The position numbers and the translations under genes were made by a program. From contig CAZRFL010000012.1 of assembly GCA_964599365.1 (NCBI GenBank), forward strand, positions 2,241 through 66,240: a stretch of 64,000 bases of DNA, given 5' to 3'. Origin of the DNA: an uncultured Bacteroidales bacterium (GTDB taxonomy: Bacteria > Bacteroidota > Bacteroidia > Bacteroidales > CAIWKO01). The notes under the pieces are model-generated. The model was not told where the DNA came from. It did no database searches and was given only the letters and a program-made list of their open reading frames with translations. Below, piece after piece: positions 28,012 to 36,766 of this stretch. Position 1 is the first letter of the stretch; each line of letters begins with the position of its first letter.

Positions 28012-30063
28012 CTATTGTTTTACGATCTTCCTGACGGCTATGCTTTCGTCGGAGGAGATGACCCTGACCATATACAGTCCTTTGGTCAGGCCCGAGAGAT
28101 CAAGGGCTTTTCTGCTTCCTCCGGCCCCGGCTGACAGTATCAGTTGACCTTCGATATCGTAGACCTCTATGGTTTTGAGATTGGCATCCGATTCAATATA
28201 CAGGTAGTCCTGGGTTGGGTTGGGGAAGATCTGCAATATGGGTGCCTGAGTTATTTCGCTAAAGCCTACGTTGGGGCAATAGCCCGGCATGTTAGCGTCG
28301 AGCCAGGCCAGCCTGACCTTGATCCAGTTCTTGAACTTTTGAATCTCGCCCGCATAGGTGAGGGGCTGATTATCCACTTCGGGCGTGCCAACATTCACAC
28401 CCAGTATGGGCCATTTCTTGTAATGACGCAGCTGAGCCTCATTTACCAGGGATTGCACCGAATCGACAAAATGGAACATATAGGTGGTGTCGAGAATATT
28501 GCGCCGCAAATTGAAATAGCGGCAGTTCAGCTTATGGGTGAAGGCTGTATCCTGCATCATCCTGACCGCCCATCCCGAAGAATTGTTGTCGGGGCTACAA
28601 TCGTTCACTTTGTAGGCCCATCCCGAGCCATCGGTGACGGCAAACATAGGACATTCGTTGATGTTCTTCCATGCCCAATCGTAATCCCAAACGGGACCTG
28701 TTTGCAGCAGTGGATTCTTGCTGTCCTTGTCCTTATACATGTAGACGCTTTTCTTGAAGCCATCGTTGTTGCGCGAAAGCTCGCTCAGAATGAAATAATC
28801 GATAAAGGAATCCACATCGAGCCAGGCACGGTAGCCGGTGACGGGATTGGCGAAATTGCTGCCGTAGAGGGCCGCTTCCAGCGAATGGTAGAAGCCCTGA
28901 ATGTAAGTTTTCTGCTGGGGGGTGATCACATCGAATTCCGGATAATCGTACACATAATACACATCGGAAGTGGGATGGTCGTAGGGATGAAAATCGGACA
29001 GCCAACTGTTGCTGCCATCATGATAATCCAGTTTCACTATGTAGCCTCCCGTCAGGCTGTCGTTGGCATTGTCGTCGAGGTCGAGTTTGGAAATGTCGAC
29101 ACGCTTGTTGTCGCGCTTGATCTTTTCGGTCATCACATAAATGCCCTGGTAGCTTCCGTTGATCATCACCTCGCAAAAGCGGGTGCGGGGCGCATAGCGG
29201 TCCATCATGCGCGCAAGCTTGAAAGGGAGGGCATTTCGCATAAAAACCTTGTCGTTGTAAACGGCCAGCAATATCCAGTCGTTTTCGGAAGGCATGCCCA
29301 GCAGGGCGGTATCTAGGTTTTCGCCGAAAGCATCGCGGGTCTCAAATCCGTACGGCTTCTGGGGCAGGGAGGCAGAATAGGAGCCGCGTATCTCAATGCC
29401 CACTTTGCCGTTGTAAACATTGGGGACATCGGTGGGATGATTGTAGAGGCCCAATCCGTGATAAATTATCTTCATGCCGGCGTTGATCTTGGGTTCGTCC
29501 GAAATTTCCTGTCCGTAGGTGTCGATGAGCACCAGGGGAAGCACGGTGGAATCGACAGTGAGGGGTGCGGTGGCGTTGTTGCCGAAAGTGATGGACCAGT
29601 TGAGCAGGTTTCCTGCATCCTGAGCATAGGTGTCGGTGATCTTCAGCTTCCAGGTGCCGTTGCCGTTCTGTCCGTTGTTCACGTTGCCCATTATATCCAT
29701 GGGGCCAAAACTGCCCGTGAAAGGAGCCGCACCGGAGGTGATGTTGTTGCTGGCACTGCCCACGAGGCAGGTGTTGGTGAAATTGTCGTCGCCTCCGCCT
29801 ATGCCGCCAAACAAGAGTATCTCGGTTTGGTCGGGGGCCACCAGTTTCACATTGAGGTCGCTGTCGTAGGTGTGGGTGATGCTCAGGCAAACGCTGACCA
29901 ACCCGTGAGAGGCATTGAGCAACGAGGGCGACAGTCCGCTGACATTGATGGTGAAATAATTGGGCTGGTTGTCGTCGCTGATGCTACCGCCGCTACCGTT
30001 AAAGGTTTGGGCACTGAGTTGTGTGGTAAGCAGTATGCAAAGAAGGAGTAGGGTTCGTTTCAT
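28012..30063 (-). CDS. CotH-family protein with N-terminal proprotein-convertase P-domain and T9SS type-A CTD
   Basis: Signal peptide. P-domain-like region (ITHTYDSDLNVKLVAPDQTE...GTWKLKITDTYAQDAGNLLNWSITF). CotH core (MTEKIKRDNKRVDISKL...GGYIVKLD). C-terminus FPNPTQDYLYIE...GLYMVRVISSDESIAVRKIVKQ. Confidence 0.8.
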   Translation of the reverse strand: MKRTLLLLCILLTTQLSAQTFNGSGGSISDDNQPNYFTINVSGLSPSLLNASHGLVSVCLSITHTYDSDLNVKLVAPDQTEILLFGGIGGGDDNFTNTCLVGSASNNITSGAAPFTGSFGPMDIMGNVNNGQNGNGTWKLKITDTYAQDAGNLLNWSITFGNNATAPLTVDSTVLPLVLIDTYGQEISDEPKINAGMKIIYHGLGLYNHPTDVPNVYNGKVGIEIRGSYSASLPQKPYGFETRDAFGENLDTALLGMPSENDWILLAVYNDKVFMRNALPFKLARMMDRYAPRTRFCEVMINGSYQGIYVMTEKIKRDNKRVDISKLDLDDNANDSLTGGYIVKLDYHDGSNSWLSDFHPYDHPTSDVYYVYDYPEFDVITPQQKTYIQGFYHSLEAALYGSNFANPVTGYRAWLDVDSFIDYFILSELSRNNDGFKKSVYMYKDKDSKNPLLQTGPVWDYDWAWKNINECPMFAVTDGSGWAYKVNDCSPDNNSSGWAVRMMQDTAFTHKLNCRYFNLRRNILDTTYMFHFVDSVQSLVNEAQLRHYKKWPILGVNVGTPEVDNQPLTYAGEIQKFKNWIKVRLAWLDANMPGYCPNVGFSEITQAPILQIFPNPTQDYLYIESDANLKTIEVYDIEGQLILSAGAGGSRKALDLSGLTKGLYMVRVISSDESIAVRKIVKQ

Positions 30064-30125
30064 CTGACCGTGATTGGTGTTGCCGCGATTAAATTGAGAT
30101 ATAATTTTCAGTAAAATTATGATTT

Positions 30126-31658
30126 TTATTCTCCCTTAGCAGGCAATTGCAAAATAATCTCAAACTGATCCTGAGTCCCGGCCTCTTGGATGGCGGACCA
30201 GCGGTCGGCATGTATGAGTTTTATTTGCTGATCGTGATAAACAATGATGTCGGTGGTTTCCATCAGGTCGATGTATTTGTCGAGCCTGGAACGGTTGGGT
30301 AAGGTGAGTTTTTCTATCCTTTCGGGTGCAATAAGCGAAAGCCTCTGTGTATGCAACTCTTTTTGCTCTTTTTCCTGAAGCATCTCCATCTCCACTTCTG
30401 CCTGCTTTTCGAGCCTGAGCTTTTCCAAACGGCTTTGGTAGTCCTCTTCGGTAAGCATGCCGTTGTTCCTGCGTTTCAGCAAGGATGCGGCCAGATCGAG
30501 GCTGCGGCATTTCACCTTAATTTCTATGGTTTTTTGTTCGAATTCTGTTTCGCTGATCTCGCCTTTCGCTTTGGATTCCGCAAGCAGATTCAGTTCCTGC
30601 GTTTCCATTTTCATAGGACTTAAGGGTAAGTGGGCCATTGAGGCATCCTCATCCGGTTCATCCTCATGAAATTTGTTGTAGTTGATCCCCAGCAGCACCA
30701 GTATGGCAACATAGTAGCTGCATAAAAACAGAATCCCGGCAACCTCGACCTCATGTAACTGAATTATCATCAAAACCACGCACGAAAGGACGCCCAGCAC
30801 TGCCATCAGGCGGTTCTTTTTTATGTGCCATATCACGGCAACGCCCATCACCAGCGTGAAACCTGTGGCAATAAGATTTAATAAGGCAATAAACGAAGTG
30901 AGGCCGTTGAGTTGAAGTGCAATGACTAAAGAAAATAAAAACCAAAATGCGGGAAGCACTATCATCATTATCCCAGCAACTATCAGAGCGGCATTTTTTC
31001 GCTTTTTGGGCAGAGGTACATCCTTAACATCGGCCACCACTCTTTTGGCCAGATCGAGACGGGGATCTTTTGCCACGGGGGGAGTAACCACCGGCGCCGC
31101 TTCGACAGGGGGAGGTATCACAGGGGCGGGTTCAGGGGCATCTGCGACAACCATGTTATGATCTCTGATGCCTTCGCGGGTGCTGCGGCGCATCAGAAAA
31201 TAGGCTCCGACAAGAAATGTGGCTGCATACAAGCCGTAGACAATCACCATGAAAAATGTCATGAAAGCGGGTATTTCGTTTACACTGAAGAAAAGAAATC
31301 CCATGGACTGCATAAATATGGCCATCAATATTAAATAAATCACGCAAACTTTCCTTCCCCATTCTTTAAATTTATTTAAGGCACGAGCCCCGAAAAACAT
31401 GGGAATCCAGATAATAGAAAATGAAAGGGACAAAACCGTATAATGGGAAAAAATCCAACCAATAAATTCTGGGATTATAGGGAAATTCTTATTTGCATGG
31501 TGGATATGGCTTATCTGGTCCATTTCTGGAAACATAAACATCGACATCAAGGCAGCTATGATATTACTGGAAAATCCAATAATTGATGTTACAAGTAATA
31601 TTATGCCTATAATTTTGGCTGCATAAAGTCGTTTGTCCAGTTTCTTTTTAGGGCTCAT
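30126..31658 (-). CDS. polytopic membrane protein with Pro-rich linker and SHOCT-like C-terminal repeats
   Basis: Two clusters of TM helices are separated by APEPAPVIPPPVEAAPVVTPPV. The cytoplasmic tail carries KAKGEISETEFEQK and NNGMLTEEDYQSRLEKL (SHOCT-like). Start taken at MSPKKK; an alternative ATG lies at 31721. Confidence 0.5.
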   Translation of the reverse strand: MSPKKKLDKRLYAAKIIGIILLVTSIIGFSSNIIAALMSMFMFPEMDQISHIHHANKNFPIIPEFIGWIFSHYTVLSLSFSIIWIPMFFGARALNKFKEWGRKVCVIYLILMAIFMQSMGFLFFSVNEIPAFMTFFMVIVYGLYAATFLVGAYFLMRRSTREGIRDHNMVVADAPEPAPVIPPPVEAAPVVTPPVAKDPRLDLAKRVVADVKDVPLPKKRKNAALIVAGIMMIVLPAFWFLFSLVIALQLNGLTSFIALLNLIATGFTLVMGVAVIWHIKKNRLMAVLGVLSCVVLMIIQLHEVEVAGILFLCSYYVAILVLLGINYNKFHEDEPDEDASMAHLPLSPMKMETQELNLLAESKAKGEISETEFEQKTIEIKVKCRSLDLAASLLKRRNNGMLTEEDYQSRLEKLRLEKQAEVEMEMLQEKEQKELHTQRLSLIAPERIEKLTLPNRSRLDKYIDLMETTDIIVYHDQQIKLIHADRWSAIQEAGTQDQFEIILQLPAKGE

Positions 31659-31917
31659 AATGTCTTGTGGGTTAAAGTAAGTAGTGTTTTTTTTCGTGAA
31701 CAAATTTAATATTATTCTCAAACGGATAAAATTTTTTCACTATGGTCCGATTAAAAAAATATCGCGTCCCATACGGAACTTAAATGTCTTTTTTTAATCG
31801 CTATTCTACCAATATTTTGTCCCTATGGGACAATCCCATTTAGGATTGAATATGGGGTTGCTTTATCGTCCTATAAAAGTGAATAAAATATCTTTTTTTT
31901 ATTCGTTAATCTACTGC

Positions 31918-33069
31918 TTAGTGTAGTTTTTCCATAAGGAATTCGAGGTTGATGGATTGTGTAGCGCCGATTATGATGGTGAAGTCGATGTCGCTATAGC
32001 CAGGCAAGGTGAGCAGAGCCTGCAAAGTGGTTGTGGGTAGATTGGTTTTGTTGGCTATTCCGTTTTCGTCGGTGAGTATTGAGATTGCGATGGCGGGTAT
32101 CAGGAGTGAAACATCTTTGAGAGGGATGGAGGTTTCTTTGTCGCAAACCTTGATAGTGAGGGAGTTTGTGAGGATTATCTTGTGCAGTTTGCAGTTGATT
32201 CTGACAATTTTATTGTTGGAGATGGCTATATTGTTTTTTAGCAGAGGTGTGTAGCCTTTACATTCGGCTGCAAGGGTATAATTGCCTTCCGGCAAGGACA
32301 TAAAGCGTGCGAAACCCCTGACGGTGCTAAGTTTGGTATATTCTTTACCGCCACGATTGAAAGTGGTTTTAACTTTATGCATGGGGGTGCCGGTTTCGGC
32401 ATCGAGAAAGGAAATGATGGCGGAAATATGACGAACCCCAATTATATTGCCCACCTTAATTGCTGTTTTATACTGAGAAAAATATTCGGGCAAGTTAGAT
32501 TCGAAGATTTTTCCAATATAATCTCTTGGAATTTCGGCCTGATTGAGCAACAAAGGAATAGAATCGGTGCCTTTTGTTTTACGGTAATTGATGGCGGCTT
32601 TTGGTGATGCTGCCAGATCAACATATGATTTGATGGCAAGTTCCATTAGTGTAATATCAGAGGGAAGAATGTTGGAGAGTATGGTGAGATTGAAGGCAAT
32701 AATTTTTTTTATTTCTTCGGCCCTTACGTTTACTACATCATCTTTTGCACGTTTCAAATAGGATTTTGTGAAATTAAGCGCGGTGATCAGTTCCTGATTG
32801 GAGACATTGAGTGCTTTCACTTGTGCGATATGGAGATAATGTAAAATTGTATCTTCCATTGCCAGTCGGACTTGTTTTTTTAGCTTCGCTTTGTCTTTGA
32901 TATTTGCCTTGCTGATGGCGCGGGACTTTTTGATTTTTTCAATTATATTATCCAGAGATGATTTCAGAGTAAGATAACCATCTATAGGAGTTAATAAGGC
33001 CGAGAGGGAAGCACAAAGAGTTTTCAAACGGATGAGAGCGGCTAAACGGAGAGCATCTTTTGCTGTCAT
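31918..33069 (-). CDS. hypothetical protein, helical N-terminal half plus two carboxypeptidase-regulatory-like beta-sandwich segments, no signal peptide
   Basis: 383-aa ORF, visibly AT-rich. The segments ARFMSLPEGNYTLAAECKGYTP and LTIKVCDKETSIPLKDVSL...TDENGIA resemble CarboxypepD_reg folds. Confidence 0.4.
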   Translation of the reverse strand: MTAKDALRLAALIRLKTLCASLSALLTPIDGYLTLKSSLDNIIEKIKKSRAISKANIKDKAKLKKQVRLAMEDTILHYLHIAQVKALNVSNQELITALNFTKSYLKRAKDDVVNVRAEEIKKIIAFNLTILSNILPSDITLMELAIKSYVDLAASPKAAINYRKTKGTDSIPLLLNQAEIPRDYIGKIFESNLPEYFSQYKTAIKVGNIIGVRHISAIISFLDAETGTPMHKVKTTFNRGGKEYTKLSTVRGFARFMSLPEGNYTLAAECKGYTPLLKNNIAISNNKIVRINCKLHKIILTNSLTIKVCDKETSIPLKDVSLLIPAIAISILTDENGIANKTNLPTTTLQALLTLPGYSDIDFTIIIGATQSINLEFLMEKLH

Positions 33070-33247
33070 AATTTTATTTATTTAATCATTAAATAGCTAA
33101 TGATGAGATAAAAGAATTTGATATTCATGAGTTTAATTAAATCGCAGATTATAAAAATCTTTGTATTCATGATGGAAAAACGAAAATACCATTCCAAAGA
33201 TAATACATCCTGAGTTAATAATAATAGATCCTGTGTTATTTTCAAAT

Positions 33248-33474
33248 CATCCAGTGTCGTTTGCGGATCATCCAGTATCGTTTGCAAACCATCCAGTGTC
33301 GTTTGCGAACCATCCAATGTCGCTTGCAGACTATCAGTGTCGTTTGCGGCCCATCCAGAGTCGTTTGCGGATCATCCAGTGTCGTTTGCAGACCATCCAG
33401 TGTCATTTGTGGACCATCCAGTGTCGTTTGCGGCCCATCTAGTATCGTTTGCGGCCCATCCAGTGTCGTTTGCA
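33248..33474. repeat. 21-bp tandem repeat, 11 copies
   Basis: The CATCC anchor falls at 33248, 33269, 33290, 33311, ~33332, 33352, 33373, 33394, 33415, 33436 and 33457. The consensus unit is CATCCAGTGTCGTTTGCGGnn. Confidence 0.95.
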
Positions 33475-34173
33475 ATGAAAAAAGAGTCGAAAAACACGAT
33501 ATCGATGTAATTTAGCTGTGAAGAATAGCATGGATAATGTGTTGAAATGGATGGTGGTATGAAGTTACTAGCTTGTTTTTATTGTTATATCGTCCCGGGC
33601 GGCGGTGGACACTTACCTGGACTTATCTTTATGCTGCCCTATTTTTTTTGAAGGAGTCCTACGGGCTTATTGTGATATAATTCCCTTAGTGTATCTTCGT
33701 GTCTTGGTGGCAAATTATTTCTTAAATACTCCCATGCAGGAAAAAATGTCTGAACCCTGCCTACGGCAGGCAGGCGCTGATGAAAATGATGAAGATGATT
33801 AATTTTGAAGGGACAAAGGAAAGAACAGAAGAAAAAGTGAACCACAAAACTTTATTACTTTAGTAACAAGGCAGTAATCACCAACGAAACTTAACTTTAT
33901 TACTTTATAAGGTGTATTTTCTATTGTGACCTAATGTGTCTAATGTGGTGAATATTCTCCCTGTAGCTCTTTGTCCGCCGCGGCGGATTTGTGTCCCTGA
34001 CTGCCGTCCGTGGTTCATCTTCTTAGTGCATCTTTGTGTCTTAGTGCCTTGGTGGCAACAAAATAACTTCCCGTTCAATAACCCGCCCTTTCAGGTTCGC
34101 CTGCCCATTGCCGACTGCCGGTTGCCGACTTTATTCTTCTGTCTTCGGTCTTCCATCTTTCCCGAAGGGACCC

Positions 34174-35190
34174 CTATGGGGCCAACTTCCTCCTAAACCA
34201 CTGCGCGATAATACTCACCGTTATCAGTTGCAGCGCATGATACATCATAATCGGCAGCAGAATGATACCCATATTGGGATTAAGCGGAAACAACACCTTA
34301 GCCATTACCGTGCCATGCACCAGCGACTTCTTCGAACCGCAAAACTGAGCGGTGATCTTATCTTCGCGCGTAAAATGCAGCAAGCGGCTTATCACATAAA
34401 CTATCCCGTAGACCGAATAGAACATAGCCACCATGCCTGCTCCCAGCAGCAAGAGGAACTCCCATGAATACCCCTCGAACATCTTCTTGGCAAAGGATTC
34501 GCAAAAGGCCGTATAGACGATCAGCAGAATAATGCTCTGGTCGAAATAGCGCAATCGTTTGCGGTTCCTCTCGGCAAAGGCACCCCACTTCGAATTCAGT
34601 AAGATGCCCAGTACCACCGGCAAAAGAACCTGCAGTAAAAGTTTGATGATAATGGGGCCCATATCGAAACTGCCTGTGGAAGCACCCATGTATAGTCCCA
34701 TCAGCAGGGGGGTAATGAAAACTCCTATCAGCATAGAAAGGCTGGCATTGAAAATAGCTGCCGGTATATTACCTCCGGCAATAGACACCATCACCACAGC
34801 CGAAGAAACCGTGGAGGGCAAACAGGCCACAAAGAATACCCCCAGCCATATGGTTTCGTTCACCATACTGCCCGTCAGAAACTGTGTCATTAGCACAATC
34901 AGTGGAAACAGCAGGAAGGTGGTAGTTTGTATCAACAGGTGCAGTCGCCAGTTGCTGATGCCTTCCATCAGTTTTTTGGGGCTGAGCCGTAGTCCGTAGA
35001 AAAAGAAGATTACCGACACCCCCACATTGGCAATGTCTGAAAGGGGAAGCATCGATTCTTTGGCTCCTATCTGCGGCCACAACTTTGCCAGCACTATCAT
35101 AGCGATCAGCATCACTATGAAGCCATCCAGCCCAAATCGTTTGGTGAATTGGTAGAACTTTTGGAAAGTATTGGATGATGGCTCTGGCAC
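34174..35190 (-). CDS. bile acid:sodium symporter (BASS/YfeH-like) family transporter
   Basis: FGLDGFIVMLIAMIVLAKLWPQIG...VSVIFFFYGLRLSPKKL, with about 9-10 TM helices over 338 aa. Confidence 0.8.
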   Translation of the reverse strand: MPEPSSNTFQKFYQFTKRFGLDGFIVMLIAMIVLAKLWPQIGAKESMLPLSDIANVGVSVIFFFYGLRLSPKKLMEGISNWRLHLLIQTTTFLLFPLIVLMTQFLTGSMVNETIWLGVFFVACLPSTVSSAVVMVSIAGGNIPAAIFNASLSMLIGVFITPLLMGLYMGASTGSFDMGPIIIKLLLQVLLPVVLGILLNSKWGAFAERNRKRLRYFDQSIILLIVYTAFCESFAKKMFEGYSWEFLLLLGAGMVAMFYSVYGIVYVISRLLHFTREDKITAQFCGSKKSLVHGTVMAKVLFPLNPNMGIILLPIMMYHALQLITVSIIAQWFRRKLAP

Positions 35191-35405
35191 TTGGTTGTTT
35201 TAGGATTAGTACAAAATTAGGATTATTTATATTGTTGAAGTGAAGTTTTTTTTTTGCCACCAAATCTCCAAAGCACCAATTTGCACCAAGGTATTTTATA
35301 GATTTTGGTGAGTTTTGGTGTTTTCGTGTCTCGGTGGCTATTTCTTATAAAAAGATAATGCCGAAACAAGGAAACTACTAACGAAAAGCAATAAGTAAAA
35401 AAATA

Positions 35406-35413
35406 CTATTTTT
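35406..35413 (+). promoter_or_regulatory. -7 box TAnnTTTG
   Basis: TATTTTTG lies 13 nt upstream of the NCS2 permease ATG. Confidence 0.4.
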
Positions 35414-35425
35414 GATAAAAAAAGC

Positions 35426-36754
35426 ATGAAGATCTTTGAGAAACTCTTCCAACTGAAGCAGAACGAAACCAACGTCCGCACCGAGATACTTGCAGGCATC
35501 ACCACCTTTGTAGCGGCCATGTACATCATAGTCGTCAATCCGGCCATAGTATCAGCCACCGGCATGCCCTTCAGCGCCGTACTCACAGGAACCGTTATAC
35601 TAAGCGCATTTTGTACCATCATGATGGGCCTCTATGCCAACAACCCCATACTGATAGCGCCCGGCATGGGATTGAATGCCTTCTTCACTTACTTTGTGGT
35701 GGTAGGAATGAAAGTCCCCGTGGAAGAAGCCCTGGGAGCCTTGTTTTGGGCAGGAGTTATTTTCTTTCTTTTGTCGGTGTTCAACATACGCTCTTATATC
35801 GTCAAAGCCATTCCCAAACAAATTCGTTATGCCATTGCGGGCGGCATAGGCCTCTTCATTGCCATGATAGGATTTGTGAATGCCAAATTCATAGTGGTAA
35901 AAGAGCCTTTCATCGGACTTGGGCACTTCAACCTTATGTCCCTCATCTTCATTGCAGGACTCATAATCACCGCCATACTGGTCGTCAGAAAAGTAAAAGG
36001 GGCCATGATCATCAGCATGCTTATCATAACCCTGATGTGCCTGCCCATAGGGCGTTGGTTTGGCGATGCTACCACTTACAACAACGGAGTGAGTACCCTC
36101 ATCAATTACAAAGGTTTTTTCCAGTCGCCCGATTTCAGTTTCTTCTTCCGCCTCGATCTGGTAAATTCATTGAAATGGGCCTTATGGCCTGTGATATTCG
36201 CGGTGATATTCACCGATATGTTCGACAGCCTGTCCACTTTCGTGGGAGTTTCCGAAGCCGCCAACCTGGTGGATAAGAATGGGGAACCCCGCAACATCAA
36301 GCAATCCCTCATTGTCGATTCCGTGGCTACGGGAATGGCAGGATTGATTGGAACCACCTCGGGCACGGCCTACATAGAATCCGCTTCGGGAGTGGCGGCC
36401 GGAGGCCGCACCGGATTAACTGCCGTGGTAGCAGGTTTGTTGTTCATTCCGTTCATGTTCTTTTCTCCTTTGCTTTCCATGATACCCTCGGTGGCAACGG
36501 CTCCGGTACTGGTCATGGTAGGCGTTTATATGATGAAGCCTGTGCTGAAGATACGCTGGGATAAACTGAGCTTCGCCATACCTTGTTTCATTGCCATGTT
36601 CCTCATCCCGCTCACCTATTCCATCACCCAGGGCATCATCTGGGGGCTGTTGTTTTATACTATCGTCATGCTGGTCACGGGCAAATTTAAAGAGATCAGC
36701 CTTACCCTCATCATCATCAATATTCTTTCTGTACTTTTGCTGATCTTTGAATAA
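35426..36754 (+). CDS. NCS2/AzgA-family purine (adenine/guanine/hypoxanthine) permease
   Basis: FQLKQNETNVRTEILAGITTFVAAMYIIVVNP and SGTAYIESASGVAAGGRTGLT are hallmark AzgA/PbuG segments. Confidence 0.85.
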   Translation: MKIFEKLFQLKQNETNVRTEILAGITTFVAAMYIIVVNPAIVSATGMPFSAVLTGTVILSAFCTIMMGLYANNPILIAPGMGLNAFFTYFVVVGMKVPVEEALGALFWAGVIFFLLSVFNIRSYIVKAIPKQIRYAIAGGIGLFIAMIGFVNAKFIVVKEPFIGLGHFNLMSLIFIAGLIITAILVVRKVKGAMIISMLIITLMCLPIGRWFGDATTYNNGVSTLINYKGFFQSPDFSFFFRLDLVNSLKWALWPVIFAVIFTDMFDSLSTFVGVSEAANLVDKNGEPRNIKQSLIVDSVATGMAGLIGTTSGTAYIESASGVAAGGRTGLTAVVAGLLFIPFMFFSPLLSMIPSVATAPVLVMVGVYMMKPVLKIRWDKLSFAIPCFIAMFLIPLTYSITQGIIWGLLFYTIVMLVTGKFKEISLTLIIINILSVLLLIFE

Positions 36755-36766
36755 AACCTACTCGTT

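Noticed and set aside
33233-33515. Three overlapping ORFs (33233-33442 +, 33242-33475 -, 33261-33515 +) with heptad peptide repeats
   Set aside because: All three are by-products of the 21-bp tandem array, in which every frame on both strands is open. They are mutually exclusive and low-complexity.
35191-35425. Purine riboswitch upstream of the NCS2 permease gene
   Set aside because: No three-way-junction consensus (conserved UAUA...CCGUAAAU-like loops) is visible. The region is instead composed of CACCAA/TTGGTG stutter.
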